A DNA stretch of 64,000 nucleotides from Bacteroidales bacterium (GCA_017617125.1 JAFZWY010000039.1:13145-77144), one strand, 5' to 3'. Counted from the first letter of the stretch, positions 19,111 through 28,839 are shown. The notes: generated from the sequence alone by a model not told the origin. A program made the numbers and translations.

Positions 19111-20496
19111 ATGGAAGAGCGGATTCGGAAGATAAGCGAACGGTGGTTCCTTGTCGAGCCTGCGCTGTTCTCGATTTACTGCACCCACCAGCTTGCGACA
19201 AATGTGCTGATGGACTGTCCCATCCGTTGCGGACAGGGAATGGTGGAATACAACCCCAACATAATGGAAACTTTCACCGATGCAGAACTCGAAGAAGCCT
19301 TACGTTCCGAAATGATTCGCCTTTTCCTGAAGCACCCCTACGAACGCCAGCCCGAAAATTCGCTTCCCGAAGCGCTTTCGTTCGGCAGCGATATGGTTTT
19401 GGGACAACACTACAAGTTCAAGACCTTGCATTTCATTTCCGCCGACAACTTTCAACTTCCTGCTGGAGAATGCTTTGAGTGGTACGTGGACAAACTGAAC
19501 GAAATTCTTCGTCAATCTTCCACTACGCCCGAAAAAAGTGAAGACGACAGCGACGACAAGACCAACGGTGACAATCAGGATGAAAGTGAAGACGAAAACA
19601 ACGATGGCGGAAACAGCAACGAAGGCGATGGAAATGATGGCGACGGCAATTCCAACAATGGCGAAAATGACAATTCCGATGGTGGCAGCGGCGAAGGCGA
19701 TCAGAACGGCGAAGGTGCCGACAATGGCGACAACGAAGCCTCATTAGGCGACGACTCGCAAAACGAGTTTGGCAACGGGCTAGAAGAAAGCAAAAATCAA
19801 AACGGTTTCACGCAGCAGCAGTTGGACTCTGCCCGCGACCATTCGGCACTTTGGGAAGAAGACGAACTGAAACAACAGGAAATCAACGAGATAATCACAA
19901 GCACAACCAACTGGGGTAGCATCCCGGGCGATATGGTCGAGCAGATAAAAGCTTCGCTGATAGTAAGGCTCGACTACCGCAAAGTGCTGTCGAGTTTCCA
20001 CACAAGCATACTGTCGAGCCACAGGCACTTGACGCGAATGCGTCCCAACCGTCGCAGCGGATTCGACCAGATGGGAAGCATCTACGAATTAGCATCAAAA
20101 TTGCTTGTTGCCGTGGATGTCAGCGGCTCGGTAACGAGCAAGACCTTGCAGGCGTTCTACTCAGTTATTGCCCGTTTCTTCAAGTACGGCATCGAAACTA
20201 TCGACACAATTCAGTTCGACACAGAGCTCAAGGAACTGGAAACTTTCAAGAAAGCAACGAAAGAAATAAAAGTCACAGGCCGCGGCGGCACCGACTTCCA
20301 GCCAATTTTCGACTACATCCGCGAGCATCGCCAATACGACGGATTAATCATTCTAACCGACGGATATGCACCTGCTCCACAAGTCGATTTCCCTATACGG
20401 ACAAAAGTGCTATGGATTTGTCAAGGCGAAGACGAATACAACGAGCACAAGGACTGGATGAAAAAGACAGGAAAAGTCTGCTGGATAAAGTTTTAG
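19111..20496 (+). CDS. DUF2201-type protein: degenerate metallopeptidase-like N-domain, acidic low-complexity linker, vWA domain
   Basis: The N-terminus resembles the DUF2201_N family, but the HExxH position reads SEMIR. About 90 aa of D/E/N/G-rich linker follows. The C-terminal vWA domain has an intact MIDAS (DVSGS...GGTD...LTDG). Starts 2 nt after the AAA stop. Confidence 0.7.
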   Translation: MEERIRKISERWFLVEPALFSIYCTHQLATNVLMDCPIRCGQGMVEYNPNIMETFTDAELEEALRSEMIRLFLKHPYERQPENSLPEALSFGSDMVLGQHYKFKTLHFISADNFQLPAGECFEWYVDKLNEILRQSSTTPEKSEDDSDDKTNGDNQDESEDENNDGGNSNEGDGNDGDGNSNNGENDNSDGGSGEGDQNGEGADNGDNEASLGDDSQNEFGNGLEESKNQNGFTQQQLDSARDHSALWEEDELKQQEINEIITSTTNWGSIPGDMVEQIKASLIVRLDYRKVLSSFHTSILSSHRHLTRMRPNRRSGFDQMGSIYELASKLLVAVDVSGSVTSKTLQAFYSVIARFFKYGIETIDTIQFDTELKELETFKKATKEIKVTGRGGTDFQPIFDYIREHRQYDGLIILTDGYAPAPQVDFPIRTKVLWICQGEDEYNEHKDWMKKTGKVCWIKF

Positions 20497-20507
20497 ATAA
20501 AAAAAAC

Positions 20508-20533
20508 GGCGACCTTTTTGGTTGCCATTTTTT
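20508..20533. terminator. bidirectional intrinsic terminator between convergent genes
   Basis: GGCGACC-5 nt-GGTTGCC, with an A-run upstream and a T-run downstream. Confidence 0.6.
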
Positions 20534-20571
20534 ATCTTTATGTGTTATGAAACAACAAATACAATCCTATG

Positions 20572-20946
20572 TTAGTATTCTGCCTGAACCCTACTTACAA
20601 CTTTAGCAAGTTCTTCGTCCGAAACGCAATCGCAATCTAGCATCTCCAACCTCCTGCTCTGTTCTTCCGAGAACACACTATCGGGATCCTTGCCTGACTT
20701 CGAACCTTCAACGGCAACATCCAATGCAATTCTCGTCATTTTTTCGTATGTATCCAAGACTGCTTTCTTGTTCCCCTCCTTGCAATATTTTTCCAACGCA
20801 TCAATAGCATCATCCAATGTCTTGATTTCTTTGACACGTTCGCTATACATTCTATCATCCTTCGACTCAGAATTAGACTTACACGAACCGAGACCCAATA
20901 CAAGCAACAAAACGCAAGATATAATTACAAAAACATCCTCTTTCAT
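20572..20946 (-). CDS. small helical lipoprotein, paralog A
   Basis: Lipobox LGSC. Shares the EIKTLDDAIDALEKYCKEGNK and SGKDPDS.FSEEQ blocks with 21127-21576. Contains a CDC motif. Confidence 0.65.
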   Translation of the reverse strand: MKEDVFVIISCVLLLVLGLGSCKSNSESKDDRMYSERVKEIKTLDDAIDALEKYCKEGNKKAVLDTYEKMTRIALDVAVEGSKSGKDPDSVFSEEQSRRLEMLDCDCVSDEELAKVVSRVQAEY

Positions 20947-21126
20947 TCGTTAAACGTTTCCCCTAGAATATACAAACGCAAATATAATAATTTTTTTGAA
21001 ATAGAATTATGAAAGAGCAAAAAAAATAAAAAAACAGCAACATAACCTAAAAACCGAAAAGGTTATCCCGAATTAAATTCGGGTTCAGGATGGCAGTTGC
21101 CGTTTTTTTACCTTAGTGCGCCGATA

Positions 21127-21576
21127 CTATTCCGAAGCCTCGTTCATTTCGCCTGCAGCACCAATCATTTCATTAATGGCAGCCTCAATCTTAGGTTCGT
21201 ATTCAGCCTGGACCTTCTTCGATATTGCTTCCATCTCTTCGGAAGAAACACATTCACAGTTGCCTTCAAGAGCTTCCATCCTCTTGTTCTGTTCCTCTGA
21301 GAACAAACTGTCGGGATCCTTGCCAGACTTCATGCATTCGAGTGTAGCATCGAATGTAAGTCTCATCATTGTTTCACATGTAGCCAAAACTGCTTCCTTG
21401 TTGCCTTCCTTGCAATACTTTTCCATTGCATCAACAGCTTCATCCAAGGTCTTAATTTCCTTGGTGCATTCAGCTTTTGCTTCACCTTCCTTAGTTTCTG
21501 TATTCGACTTGCATGAACCAAGAACCAATACAAGCGACAAAGCACACGATAAAATTACGAAAATACTTTTCTTCAT
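21127..21576 (-). CDS. small helical lipoprotein, paralog B
   Basis: Lipobox LGSC, EIKTLDEAVDAMEKYCKEGNK block, CEC motif. The MKKSIF start at 21576 is preferred over 21588. Confidence 0.65.
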   Translation of the reverse strand: MKKSIFVILSCALSLVLVLGSCKSNTETKEGEAKAECTKEIKTLDEAVDAMEKYCKEGNKEAVLATCETMMRLTFDATLECMKSGKDPDSLFSEEQNKRMEALEGNCECVSSEEMEAISKKVQAEYEPKIEAAINEMIGAAGEMNEASE

Positions 21577-21716
21577 ATTTAAATACATTTAGAATTAAAC
21601 TCTGCAAATATAACCATATTCTTATCACAAAATAAAAATAGCAAAAAAATTGCCTTCTTCATTTCCACATCTAGCAATTATACATTAACTTTGCGTATTC
21701 AAAAAAACAGAAAGAT

Positions 21717-22586
21717 ATGCAACTTATTGACGGAAACAAAATTGCAAAGGAAATAAAGGCAGAAATCGCCGAATCTACCAAGAAACTTATTGAAAAAACT
21801 GGCAAAACGCCAAAACTTACCGCTATTCTCGTCGGACACGACGGCGGAAGCGAATCGTATGTTAGCTTCAAGATGAAAGATTGTCAGGAAGTTGGATTCA
21901 TCTCCGACCTTATCCGCTTCGAGGATGACGTTACCGAAAAGGAACTATTGGCAACCATCGAAAAGTTGAACAACGATAAGAGCGTTACTGGTTTCATTGT
22001 ACAACTTCCATTGCCAAAGCACATTAACGAGCAGAAAGTCATCGAAGCCATAAATCCCGAAAAGGACGTTGACGGTTTCCATCCGACAAATGTCGGCAAG
22101 ATGACAATCGGTCTGCCATCGTTCGTATCGGCAACCCCGATGGGCATCACATTGCTGCTCAAGCGTTCGGGCATCGAGACCAGCGGAAAGAACTGCGTTG
22201 TAATTGGCCGCAGCAACATCGTTGGACGTCCGCTCAGCATACTCATGTCGCAGAAGGAAATGAACTGCACCGTGACTGTTTGCCACAGCGCAACCAAGAA
22301 CATGAAGGAAATATGCGCCAACGCCGACATTCTCATCTCAGCAATGGGCAAACCCAACTTCGTCACCGCCGACATGGTGAAGGAAGGTGCTGTTGTAATC
22401 GACGTAGGCACAACCCGCATGCCATCCACCGAAACAAAGAGCGGATTCAAGCTCACCGGCGATGTAGATTTCAAGAACGTTGCCGACAAGTGCTCGTACA
22501 TCACACCTGTTCCTGGTGGCGTTGGTCCTATGACACGTCTTTCGCTGCTACTGAATACATTGAAAGCTGCGGAAAAAACTTTCTAA
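21717..22586 (+). CDS. folD: bifunctional methylenetetrahydrofolate dehydrogenase/cyclohydrolase
   Basis: [14 protein letters not shown] start, [27 protein letters not shown] and [10 protein letters not shown] motifs. Confidence 0.95.
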   Translation: MQLIDGNKIAKEIKAEIAESTKKLIEKTGKTPKLTAILVGHDGGSESYVSFKMKDCQEVGFISDLIRFEDDVTEKELLATIEKLNNDKSVTGFIVQLPLPKHINEQKVIEAINPEKDVDGFHPTNVGKMTIGLPSFVSATPMGITLLLKRSGIETSGKNCVVIGRSNIVGRPLSILMSQKEMNCTVTVCHSATKNMKEICANADILISAMGKPNFVTADMVKEGAVVIDVGTTRMPSTETKSGFKLTGDVDFKNVADKCSYITPVPGGVGPMTRLSLLLNTLKAAEKTF

Positions 22587-22616
22587 TATGTTACAATTAA
22601 AAATCTCGGACTATTA

Positions 22617-22655
22617 GCCATTCGACCCTTCGACTACGCTCAGGGAGCGAATGGC
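22617..22655 (+). repeat. REP-like palindromic element, copy 1 (core CCCTTCGACTACGCTCAGGGAGCG)
   Basis: The core at 22626-22649 is flanked by the 8-bp inverted repeat GCCATTCG/CGAATGGC. Lies about 30 nt after the folD stop. Confidence 0.8.
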
Positions 22656-22706
22656 ATCATCGGGAAATCATAGCTTCCGAGATGACTGCGAAACATTAGA
22701 CGAACT

Positions 22707-24977
22707 ATGGAAGAAGAACTGCACCTTGTCAACGACCTCGCGCTGATACTCATATCGGCAGGCGTGATGACATTGATATTCAAGAAGCTGAAGCAACCGC
22801 TGGTGCTTGGATACATTGTCGCCGGATTTCTCGTTGGCCCGCATTTCGACTTCTTCCCGACTGTAATCGAAGAAGCTAGCGTTTCGGAATGGTCTGAAAT
22901 CGGTATCATCTTCCTGCTTTTTGCATTGGGACTTGAATTCAGTTTCAAGAAACTATTTTCGGTAGGAAGCACGGCATTTATAACGGCAGGCTGCGAAATC
23001 CTGCTTACTTTCAGCATCGGAACGCTGACAGGCTATCTGCTCAACTGGAGCTTAATAGAATGCATATTCCTTGGCGGTATGCTATCGATGTCGTCGACTA
23101 CAATTGTAATCAAAGCCTTCGACGACCTAAAGCTAAAAGGTGAAAAATTTGCCGACATCTCGCTTGTTGTGCTTATCATCCAGGACCTTGTGGCAATCCT
23201 TATGCTCGTCTTGTTGCCGACAATTGCCACTGGCAAAAACTTCGAAGGCACCGAAATGATTTTCAGCATACTGAAGATGGTTTTCTTCCTTGTACTATGG
23301 TTCCTTATTGGAATCTACGTCTTCCCCACATTCTTCAAGCGTTCAAAGAAACTGATGAACGATGAAACACTGCTGATTATTTCGGTGGGCTTGTGCTTCG
23401 GTATGGTAACACTGGCCGTATTCACCGGATTCTCGTCAGCATTCGGCGCGTTCATCATGGGGTCTATTCTCGGCGAAACCGTCGAAGGCGAGCACATCGA
23501 GCACAACCTCAAGAGTATCAAGGATTTGTTCGGTGCAATATTCTTCGTATCGGTAGGCATGATGGTTGACCCGAAAATTCTTGCCGAGTACTGGCTACCT
23601 ATTCTAATTCTCTCATTGATAACGATTTTCGGCAAGACAATAGTTTCAGCTTTCGGTGTAATGATTGCCGGCAAGAATCTAAAGACAGCATTGCAGACAG
23701 GCTTCAGTCTTGCGCAGGTGGGCGAATTTGCGTTCATCATTGCCGGACTTGGAAACTCGCTAGGCGTGATGGATGCACACATTTATCCAATCATTGTTGC
23801 AGTATCGGTAATTACCACTTTTACAACACCATACGGAATCAGACTAGCATCACCTTTAGCCGACGCCATCGACAAACGGCTTCCTCAGAAACTCAAGGAC
23901 AAACTCGACAATTACGCACAACGCCAGAATTCAGTCAACCTCGAAAGCGACTGGAAGAAACTCATAAAATACTATTCCGTAAGAATCATAATATACGGCA
24001 TAATCCTCACAGCCATCTGGCTTGCTGCAGTAAAATGGCTATATCCTTTCATGAACGACAAGCTCAGCGAATGGAATCATATCGTAGTTGGAATCATCAA
24101 CTTCCTTATTACCGCATTGGCTATGGCGCCGTTCCTGCGCGGACTTATGGTACAGAAAAAGGACATCCGGCCCACCGTGCTCAAGCTTTGGAACGACAGC
24201 CGTTTCAACCGTGGCGGAATCGTGGCTTTCACCTTGTTGCGCTATTTCATAGCAACCACATTCTTAACGCTGACACTTTTCAAGACATTCGACTGGAACG
24301 CCTGGGTTGTAATCCTCATCGCCATTGGACTTGTGATAATATTGGTACTTTCATCGCGCACGCTAAAACGATTCTCTCGTATCGAACAGCAGTTCATCAG
24401 CAACCTTAACTCGAAAGATGCCATCGACGAAGACCGCAAACCCATACGCAAGGGCTTCAACGAGAATTTCAAGGAACACGATATCGACCTCACGCCTTAC
24501 ATTGTACCTGTGGCATCGGAAATTGTCGGTTACACCATAAAGGAGCTCAATCTGCGCCAACGCTTTGGTATAAACATAGTTAAGATTGACCGTGGAAAGA
24601 AGCACATAAACCTGCCGTCGGGCGACGAACGTATTTTCCCTGGCGACAGAATCCTCACCATAGGTACCGACAAGCAGAACAAAGCTTTCGCCGAATTTAT
24701 GCGTCAGCAGGAAAACCTTGAGACAGAACTAGAAAGCCACGAAGACGAAGACTATGAAAACACCAAGGTAGCTCTCGAATCGTTTGTCGTGGAAGCCAAT
24801 TCGCCAATCAACGGCAAGAGCCTACGCGATTGCGGAGCAAGGGATTTGGGCTGCATGATTGTCGGCATTGACCGAGGAATGGACTCGATAATGAATCCCG
24901 ACCCGTCGCTTGTGTTCGAGACCGACGATGTTGTGTGGGTAGTAGGCAGCAAGGCAAACGTACAAAAACTCTGCTAA
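22707..24977 (+). CDS. CPA2-type cation:proton antiporter with C-terminal RCK/TrkA-C domains
   Basis: About 12 TM helices of the Na/H-exchanger type, then two TrkA-C-like repeats (GYTIKELNLRQRFGINIV and GKSLRDCGARDLGCMIVGI). Confidence 0.8.
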   Translation: MEEELHLVNDLALILISAGVMTLIFKKLKQPLVLGYIVAGFLVGPHFDFFPTVIEEASVSEWSEIGIIFLLFALGLEFSFKKLFSVGSTAFITAGCEILLTFSIGTLTGYLLNWSLIECIFLGGMLSMSSTTIVIKAFDDLKLKGEKFADISLVVLIIQDLVAILMLVLLPTIATGKNFEGTEMIFSILKMVFFLVLWFLIGIYVFPTFFKRSKKLMNDETLLIISVGLCFGMVTLAVFTGFSSAFGAFIMGSILGETVEGEHIEHNLKSIKDLFGAIFFVSVGMMVDPKILAEYWLPILILSLITIFGKTIVSAFGVMIAGKNLKTALQTGFSLAQVGEFAFIIAGLGNSLGVMDAHIYPIIVAVSVITTFTTPYGIRLASPLADAIDKRLPQKLKDKLDNYAQRQNSVNLESDWKKLIKYYSVRIIIYGIILTAIWLAAVKWLYPFMNDKLSEWNHIVVGIINFLITALAMAPFLRGLMVQKKDIRPTVLKLWNDSRFNRGGIVAFTLLRYFIATTFLTLTLFKTFDWNAWVVILIAIGLVIILVLSSRTLKRFSRIEQQFISNLNSKDAIDEDRKPIRKGFNENFKEHDIDLTPYIVPVASEIVGYTIKELNLRQRFGINIVKIDRGKKHINLPSGDERIFPGDRILTIGTDKQNKAFAEFMRQQENLETELESHEDEDYENTKVALESFVVEANSPINGKSLRDCGARDLGCMIVGIDRGMDSIMNPDPSLVFETDDVVWVVGSKANVQKLC

Positions 24978-24978
24978 C

Positions 24979-27579
24979 ATGAACCGACAGACGCTATCGT
25001 CGATACTGAAGCTGTTTGCAATCTCGGCAAACAAGCACAACGACAGCGACACAGCAAGCATCATACTGAAATTCAAGTCGTTCCTCGACGAAACCATAGA
25101 AAGCGTCTACATCGACGAATATACCTCCGAATTTGAGAAGGCACTCGACGAATACGCATCTTTCTCAAACAAACGTCTGTCGCTCAACTCGGTGCGGCTT
25201 ATTCGCATCTGCAACGAAACCAGCCAGAACCTATCGCACGACGACAGGATACAAGTGCTGTTCTATCTCGAGAAGCTTCTTTTCCCCGCCAACGAACAGT
25301 CGGAAGAATTTATGCGACTTATAGCCGACATCTACGAGATTGATGCAAACATCCTCACCGACATCGAAAACCTGCACACCGAAAATCCCACAAATTATCA
25401 TCAGATAAGTGAACTCGGCAATATACAAGGCGTTTTCATATTGCTTTCCAACAACTTGGCTGCGATTAAATCGCTTGGCAACGTAATTTCAATAAACGGG
25501 AATATTCTCGTCAACGGAAGCATAGAACTTATTGGAAACGAATCGGTTGTAAAAATCGGCGACTACAAGAAATACTATCTCAAGGACATCGCAGCAATCG
25601 CTTCCGAGAAAAACAAATGCAATAGTTTTTCTTTGATACTGAACAATATAAGCATAACACGCCGTAGCAAAACCTATTTCCATCCCCTATCGTGTGAAAT
25701 GCATAGCGGTGAACTTGTCGGGATAATGGGACGAAGCGGCTCCGGCAAAACCACTTTGCTAAAGGCAATAGCAGGAATTGAAAAGTCGCACACGGGAAAC
25801 ATATTCAAACGTTCGGCAGATGAAGATTCGCAATTTACGAAAGCATATCTGTCACAAGCAAATGCACTTATTCCGCTTTTCACAGTAAAGGAACACCTTG
25901 AACAACGCCTCGACTTCCTGCAGGAACGCACAGACCGCAGCGAAAAGATAAGACAAGCATTGGAAAGCGTTGAACTTGAAGATTTTGCGAATAACATAGT
26001 GGCAAAATCGGATGGTACACCGTGGCAGATTTCGGGCGGACAGCAGAAACGACTCGGCATAGCCATGGAAATGCTTGCTAATCCCGATGTTTTCATCCTA
26101 GACGAACCGACAAGTGGACTTTCGTCAACCGATTCGCAGAAAATTGTCGCTCTGCTGCGCCAGATTACATCAGAACAAAAGATTGTAATCGCCTCAATCC
26201 ATCAGCCCGACTTCGAAACCTTTATGATGTTCGACAAGATTCTCATAATCGACGACGGCGGCTACCCTATTTTCTACGGAAAACCAAGCGAGTCGGCAGA
26301 ATATTTCCGTCGCCTCACAGGTCGCATTGACAAGGAATCGCTGCTCGAAACACATTTCAATCCAGGCGTAATACTAAATATCATTAACGAAACCACGCAC
26401 AACAATCAGCGCGTCACACCGCCAGAAGAATGGTATAGAAAATTCGTTGAAAACAGTGGCTCCTATCCTACTCTAACTTCCATAAAACCACTGAACAAAC
26501 GCAAAACGAACGGACTAAAGTCGTTTGCCTCGCAACTGAAGTTTTCGTTCATGTGCGACCTGCGCAACAAGATTCGTACTGCGATGATTATCGCCATACC
26601 GCCGCTGATGGCCGTTGCAATGTCGCTGCTGACAAGGTTCTCGCACTCTGACGAATACGCATATTATTCCAACCCTAACATTCCCGCTTGGCTGATGATG
26701 CTGTTGATTACCGCATTTTTCCTCGGTCTGGTGGTTTCGGCTCACGAATTCATCTTCTTACGGCAATTTCATCGCAACGAACACATAATCAGCGACAAAA
26801 GCACATCGCTGTCGCTCGCGAAAATCACAAAGTACATTATCCACTCCGGCATAATGTCGCTTCTGCTGACACTTCCGGCCACGCTCATCGAAGGAAATAT
26901 GTTCTTTTTCGGCAAACTGTTCGTAATAAACTGGCTGCTGACATTCTGCGGATGCATTACCTCAATGATTATATCGTTGTTTTTCAGAAGCATTTCGACT
27001 GTATATCTGCTTATTCCAATAATTGTAATTCCGCAAATGATTTTCTCTGGCGGACTTGTGCAGTACGACAATTTCAACCAGAAGTTTGTGAAAAACAACG
27101 GAATGCCGCTTTTTGCCGACCTTATGCCAATACGCTGGGCCGACGAAGCCTGCATGACCGAAGCCTACCTTATCAATCCTGTAGAACAGGAAATCTTCGA
27201 TGCAAAAGTTTCGCTATACGAAGCAGCCGAAAAAATTGAAAGCACAACAGACCAAGCACTTATAACACAACTTCGCAAGCAGAAAAACGATGCCCAGGCT
27301 GAAATAGACAGCAAACTGGTACGCATTGAAAATTCCGACAGTCTATACAGACACTATGGCAATATGTACATCTCGAAGATTGTAACGTCTGCCAAATCTG
27401 GCATTCCACCAATTTACAGCACACAGCAAGACGGCAAAACTATTTTCCTCTGCGGACACAAAACGTTTGCTGGCGTAACATTGCGCACCTTCCACTACAA
27501 TATCATTGTGCTATTGCTGATGAATTTGGTGCTGTGTATGGTACTAATTGGAATTGGAAGATTCTTAAAACAACGATAG
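24979..27579 (+). CDS. ABC transporter, fused ATPase-permease (ABCG/ABC-2 type) with a ~230-aa N-terminal extension
   Basis: Walker A GRSGSGKTT, signature ISGGQQKRL, Walker B FILDEPTSGL, and a C-terminal 6-TM ABC-2 domain. Confidence 0.85.
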   Translation: MNRQTLSSILKLFAISANKHNDSDTASIILKFKSFLDETIESVYIDEYTSEFEKALDEYASFSNKRLSLNSVRLIRICNETSQNLSHDDRIQVLFYLEKLLFPANEQSEEFMRLIADIYEIDANILTDIENLHTENPTNYHQISELGNIQGVFILLSNNLAAIKSLGNVISINGNILVNGSIELIGNESVVKIGDYKKYYLKDIAAIASEKNKCNSFSLILNNISITRRSKTYFHPLSCEMHSGELVGIMGRSGSGKTTLLKAIAGIEKSHTGNIFKRSADEDSQFTKAYLSQANALIPLFTVKEHLEQRLDFLQERTDRSEKIRQALESVELEDFANNIVAKSDGTPWQISGGQQKRLGIAMEMLANPDVFILDEPTSGLSSTDSQKIVALLRQITSEQKIVIASIHQPDFETFMMFDKILIIDDGGYPIFYGKPSESAEYFRRLTGRIDKESLLETHFNPGVILNIINETTHNNQRVTPPEEWYRKFVENSGSYPTLTSIKPLNKRKTNGLKSFASQLKFSFMCDLRNKIRTAMIIAIPPLMAVAMSLLTRFSHSDEYAYYSNPNIPAWLMMLLITAFFLGLVVSAHEFIFLRQFHRNEHIISDKSTSLSLAKITKYIIHSGIMSLLLTLPATLIEGNMFFFGKLFVINWLLTFCGCITSMIISLFFRSISTVYLLIPIIVIPQMIFSGGLVQYDNFNQKFVKNNGMPLFADLMPIRWADEACMTEAYLINPVEQEIFDAKVSLYEAAEKIESTTDQALITQLRKQKNDAQAEIDSKLVRIENSDSLYRHYGNMYISKIVTSAKSGIPPIYSTQQDGKTIFLCGHKTFAGVTLRTFHYNIIVLLLMNLVLCMVLIGIGRFLKQR

Positions 27580-27594
27580 AAATAGAGATAAAAA

Positions 27595-27628
27595 ATGCAG
27601 CCCTGAAATTGAGCTGCATTTATCTTTT
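27595..27628. terminator. bidirectional terminator between the ABC gene and the PKD lipoprotein gene
   Basis: ATGCAGC-11 nt-GCTGCAT with flanking A- and T-rich runs. Confidence 0.55.
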
Positions 27629-27643
27629 CCATTCTACTACTTA

Positions 27644-28387
27644 TTACACTGTTGCAGTAATTGTACATTCAACATAACCAGTAACCTTTTGTCCATTCTC
27701 ATCAGTGAACTCAATATCAAATGTATAATTATTGCCATCCTTAGTTACAACTACAGCACCTGAACTTGGAGATCTTGAAGAACCATTGTCTGTGTCAAAA
27801 TCATAATCAGTAAAAGCTTCAATCCAATCAGACGTTCCTAAAATCGGGGTTACACTTGAATTATATCTATATGTTCCAGCTTCTAATGAATTTGCATACA
27901 AATCGACTTCTAGCATATTTCCTCTACCTGTAAACCACTCTGTAGAAGGATTATATATAAGTTCATTTTTATTGTAGAAATACAAATAGTAATTCATTCC
28001 ACCATTTACAGAATTTTCACGCAGAACTTGGAATTCAGTAATTGGATAATGCACATTGTTAACAACAAACTCATTATGTTTCTTAACAGTAATCGTCAAA
28101 GAAGCAACAGAAGCATTCTTTTTTGTGTTAGCATGAAGATATACAGTATATGTTCCTGCAACTTCATATGTATGTTTTGGACTAAACTCAGTTGATGTTT
28201 TGCCATCACCGAAATCCCAGTAATATGTATCAGCATCTACAGACGCATTAGTAAAAGTAACTTCATCGCCAACATATACAACATCTTTATCCACAGAAAA
28301 TAATGCTAATGGATCTTTGGCACATCCAGAAAACAAAATAGCTGCTACAGCTAAAATCATTAATAATTTAAAGTTTTTCATATACAA
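27644..28387 (-). CDS. PKD-domain lipoprotein
   Basis: Lipobox FSGC. PKD motif VTFTNASVDADTYYWDFGDG...HTY..AGTYTV. AT-rich coding sequence. Confidence 0.75.
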   Translation of the reverse strand: MYMKNFKLLMILAVAAILFSGCAKDPLALFSVDKDVVYVGDEVTFTNASVDADTYYWDFGDGKTSTEFSPKHTYEVAGTYTVYLHANTKKNASVASLTITVKKHNEFVVNNVHYPITEFQVLRENSVNGGMNYYLYFYNKNELIYNPSTEWFTGRGNMLEVDLYANSLEAGTYRYNSSVTPILGTSDWIEAFTDYDFDTDNGSSRSPSSGAVVVTKDGNNYTFDIEFTDENGQKVTGYVECTITATV

Positions 28388-28491
28388 TATATTTATTAAA
28401 TTTATAATGCAAATGTAATATTATCTGCAATTAAAATACAATAAAAATTGCAATAATAATACAATATTTATTACATAAATATAATAACAAG

Positions 28492-28839
28492 TTGATTTCT
28501 AAAAGAATAACAGAAATAAGAAAACTCAAGAAAGTTACAGAAAAAGAATTATCGGAAGGTATCGGTATGAGCCTTACCGGATTCAGACAAGCACTTTCAA
28601 ACGACGATTTCAAGATTCGCACACTACAAAAGATTGCGCAATACTTGAATGTAGATATTTCTGTTTTTCTAAAAGAAGCACAAATAGAGAACCTCGAGCA
28701 AACTTCTTCTGAATGTCAAAACTGCAAACTAAAGGATAGTATTATTGAAAGCAAAAATCAGATAATCAAGGAGCAAGAGACTCTAATCCAGCAAATGCAA
28801 AACTTCATAGAAAAGTCAAGCAAACCTGAAAACGACTAA
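28492..28839 (+). CDS. XRE-like helix-turn-helix protein with a coiled-coil tail
   Basis: The HTH segment VTEKELSEGIGMSLTGFRQALSN resembles the Cro/C1 type. TTG start as given by the track, so the start is uncertain. Confidence 0.55.
   Translation: MISKRITEIRKLKKVTEKELSEGIGMSLTGFRQALSNDDFKIRTLQKIAQYLNVDISVFLKEAQIENLEQTSSECQNCKLKDSIIESKNQIIKEQETLIQQMQNFIEKSSKPEND

Noticed and set aside
19528-19810. Possible non-coding GA-rich tandem repeat
   Set aside because: It is read in-frame as a D/E/N/G low-complexity linker within a CDS that has conserved domains on both sides. It has no exact DNA period.
24979-25700. FHA-like domain in the N-terminal extension of the ABC transporter (NG..VNG-type strand pattern)
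   Set aside because: The diagnostic GR...SR.H residues are not visible, so I cannot support the call from sequence alone. It is left as an uncharacterised extension.
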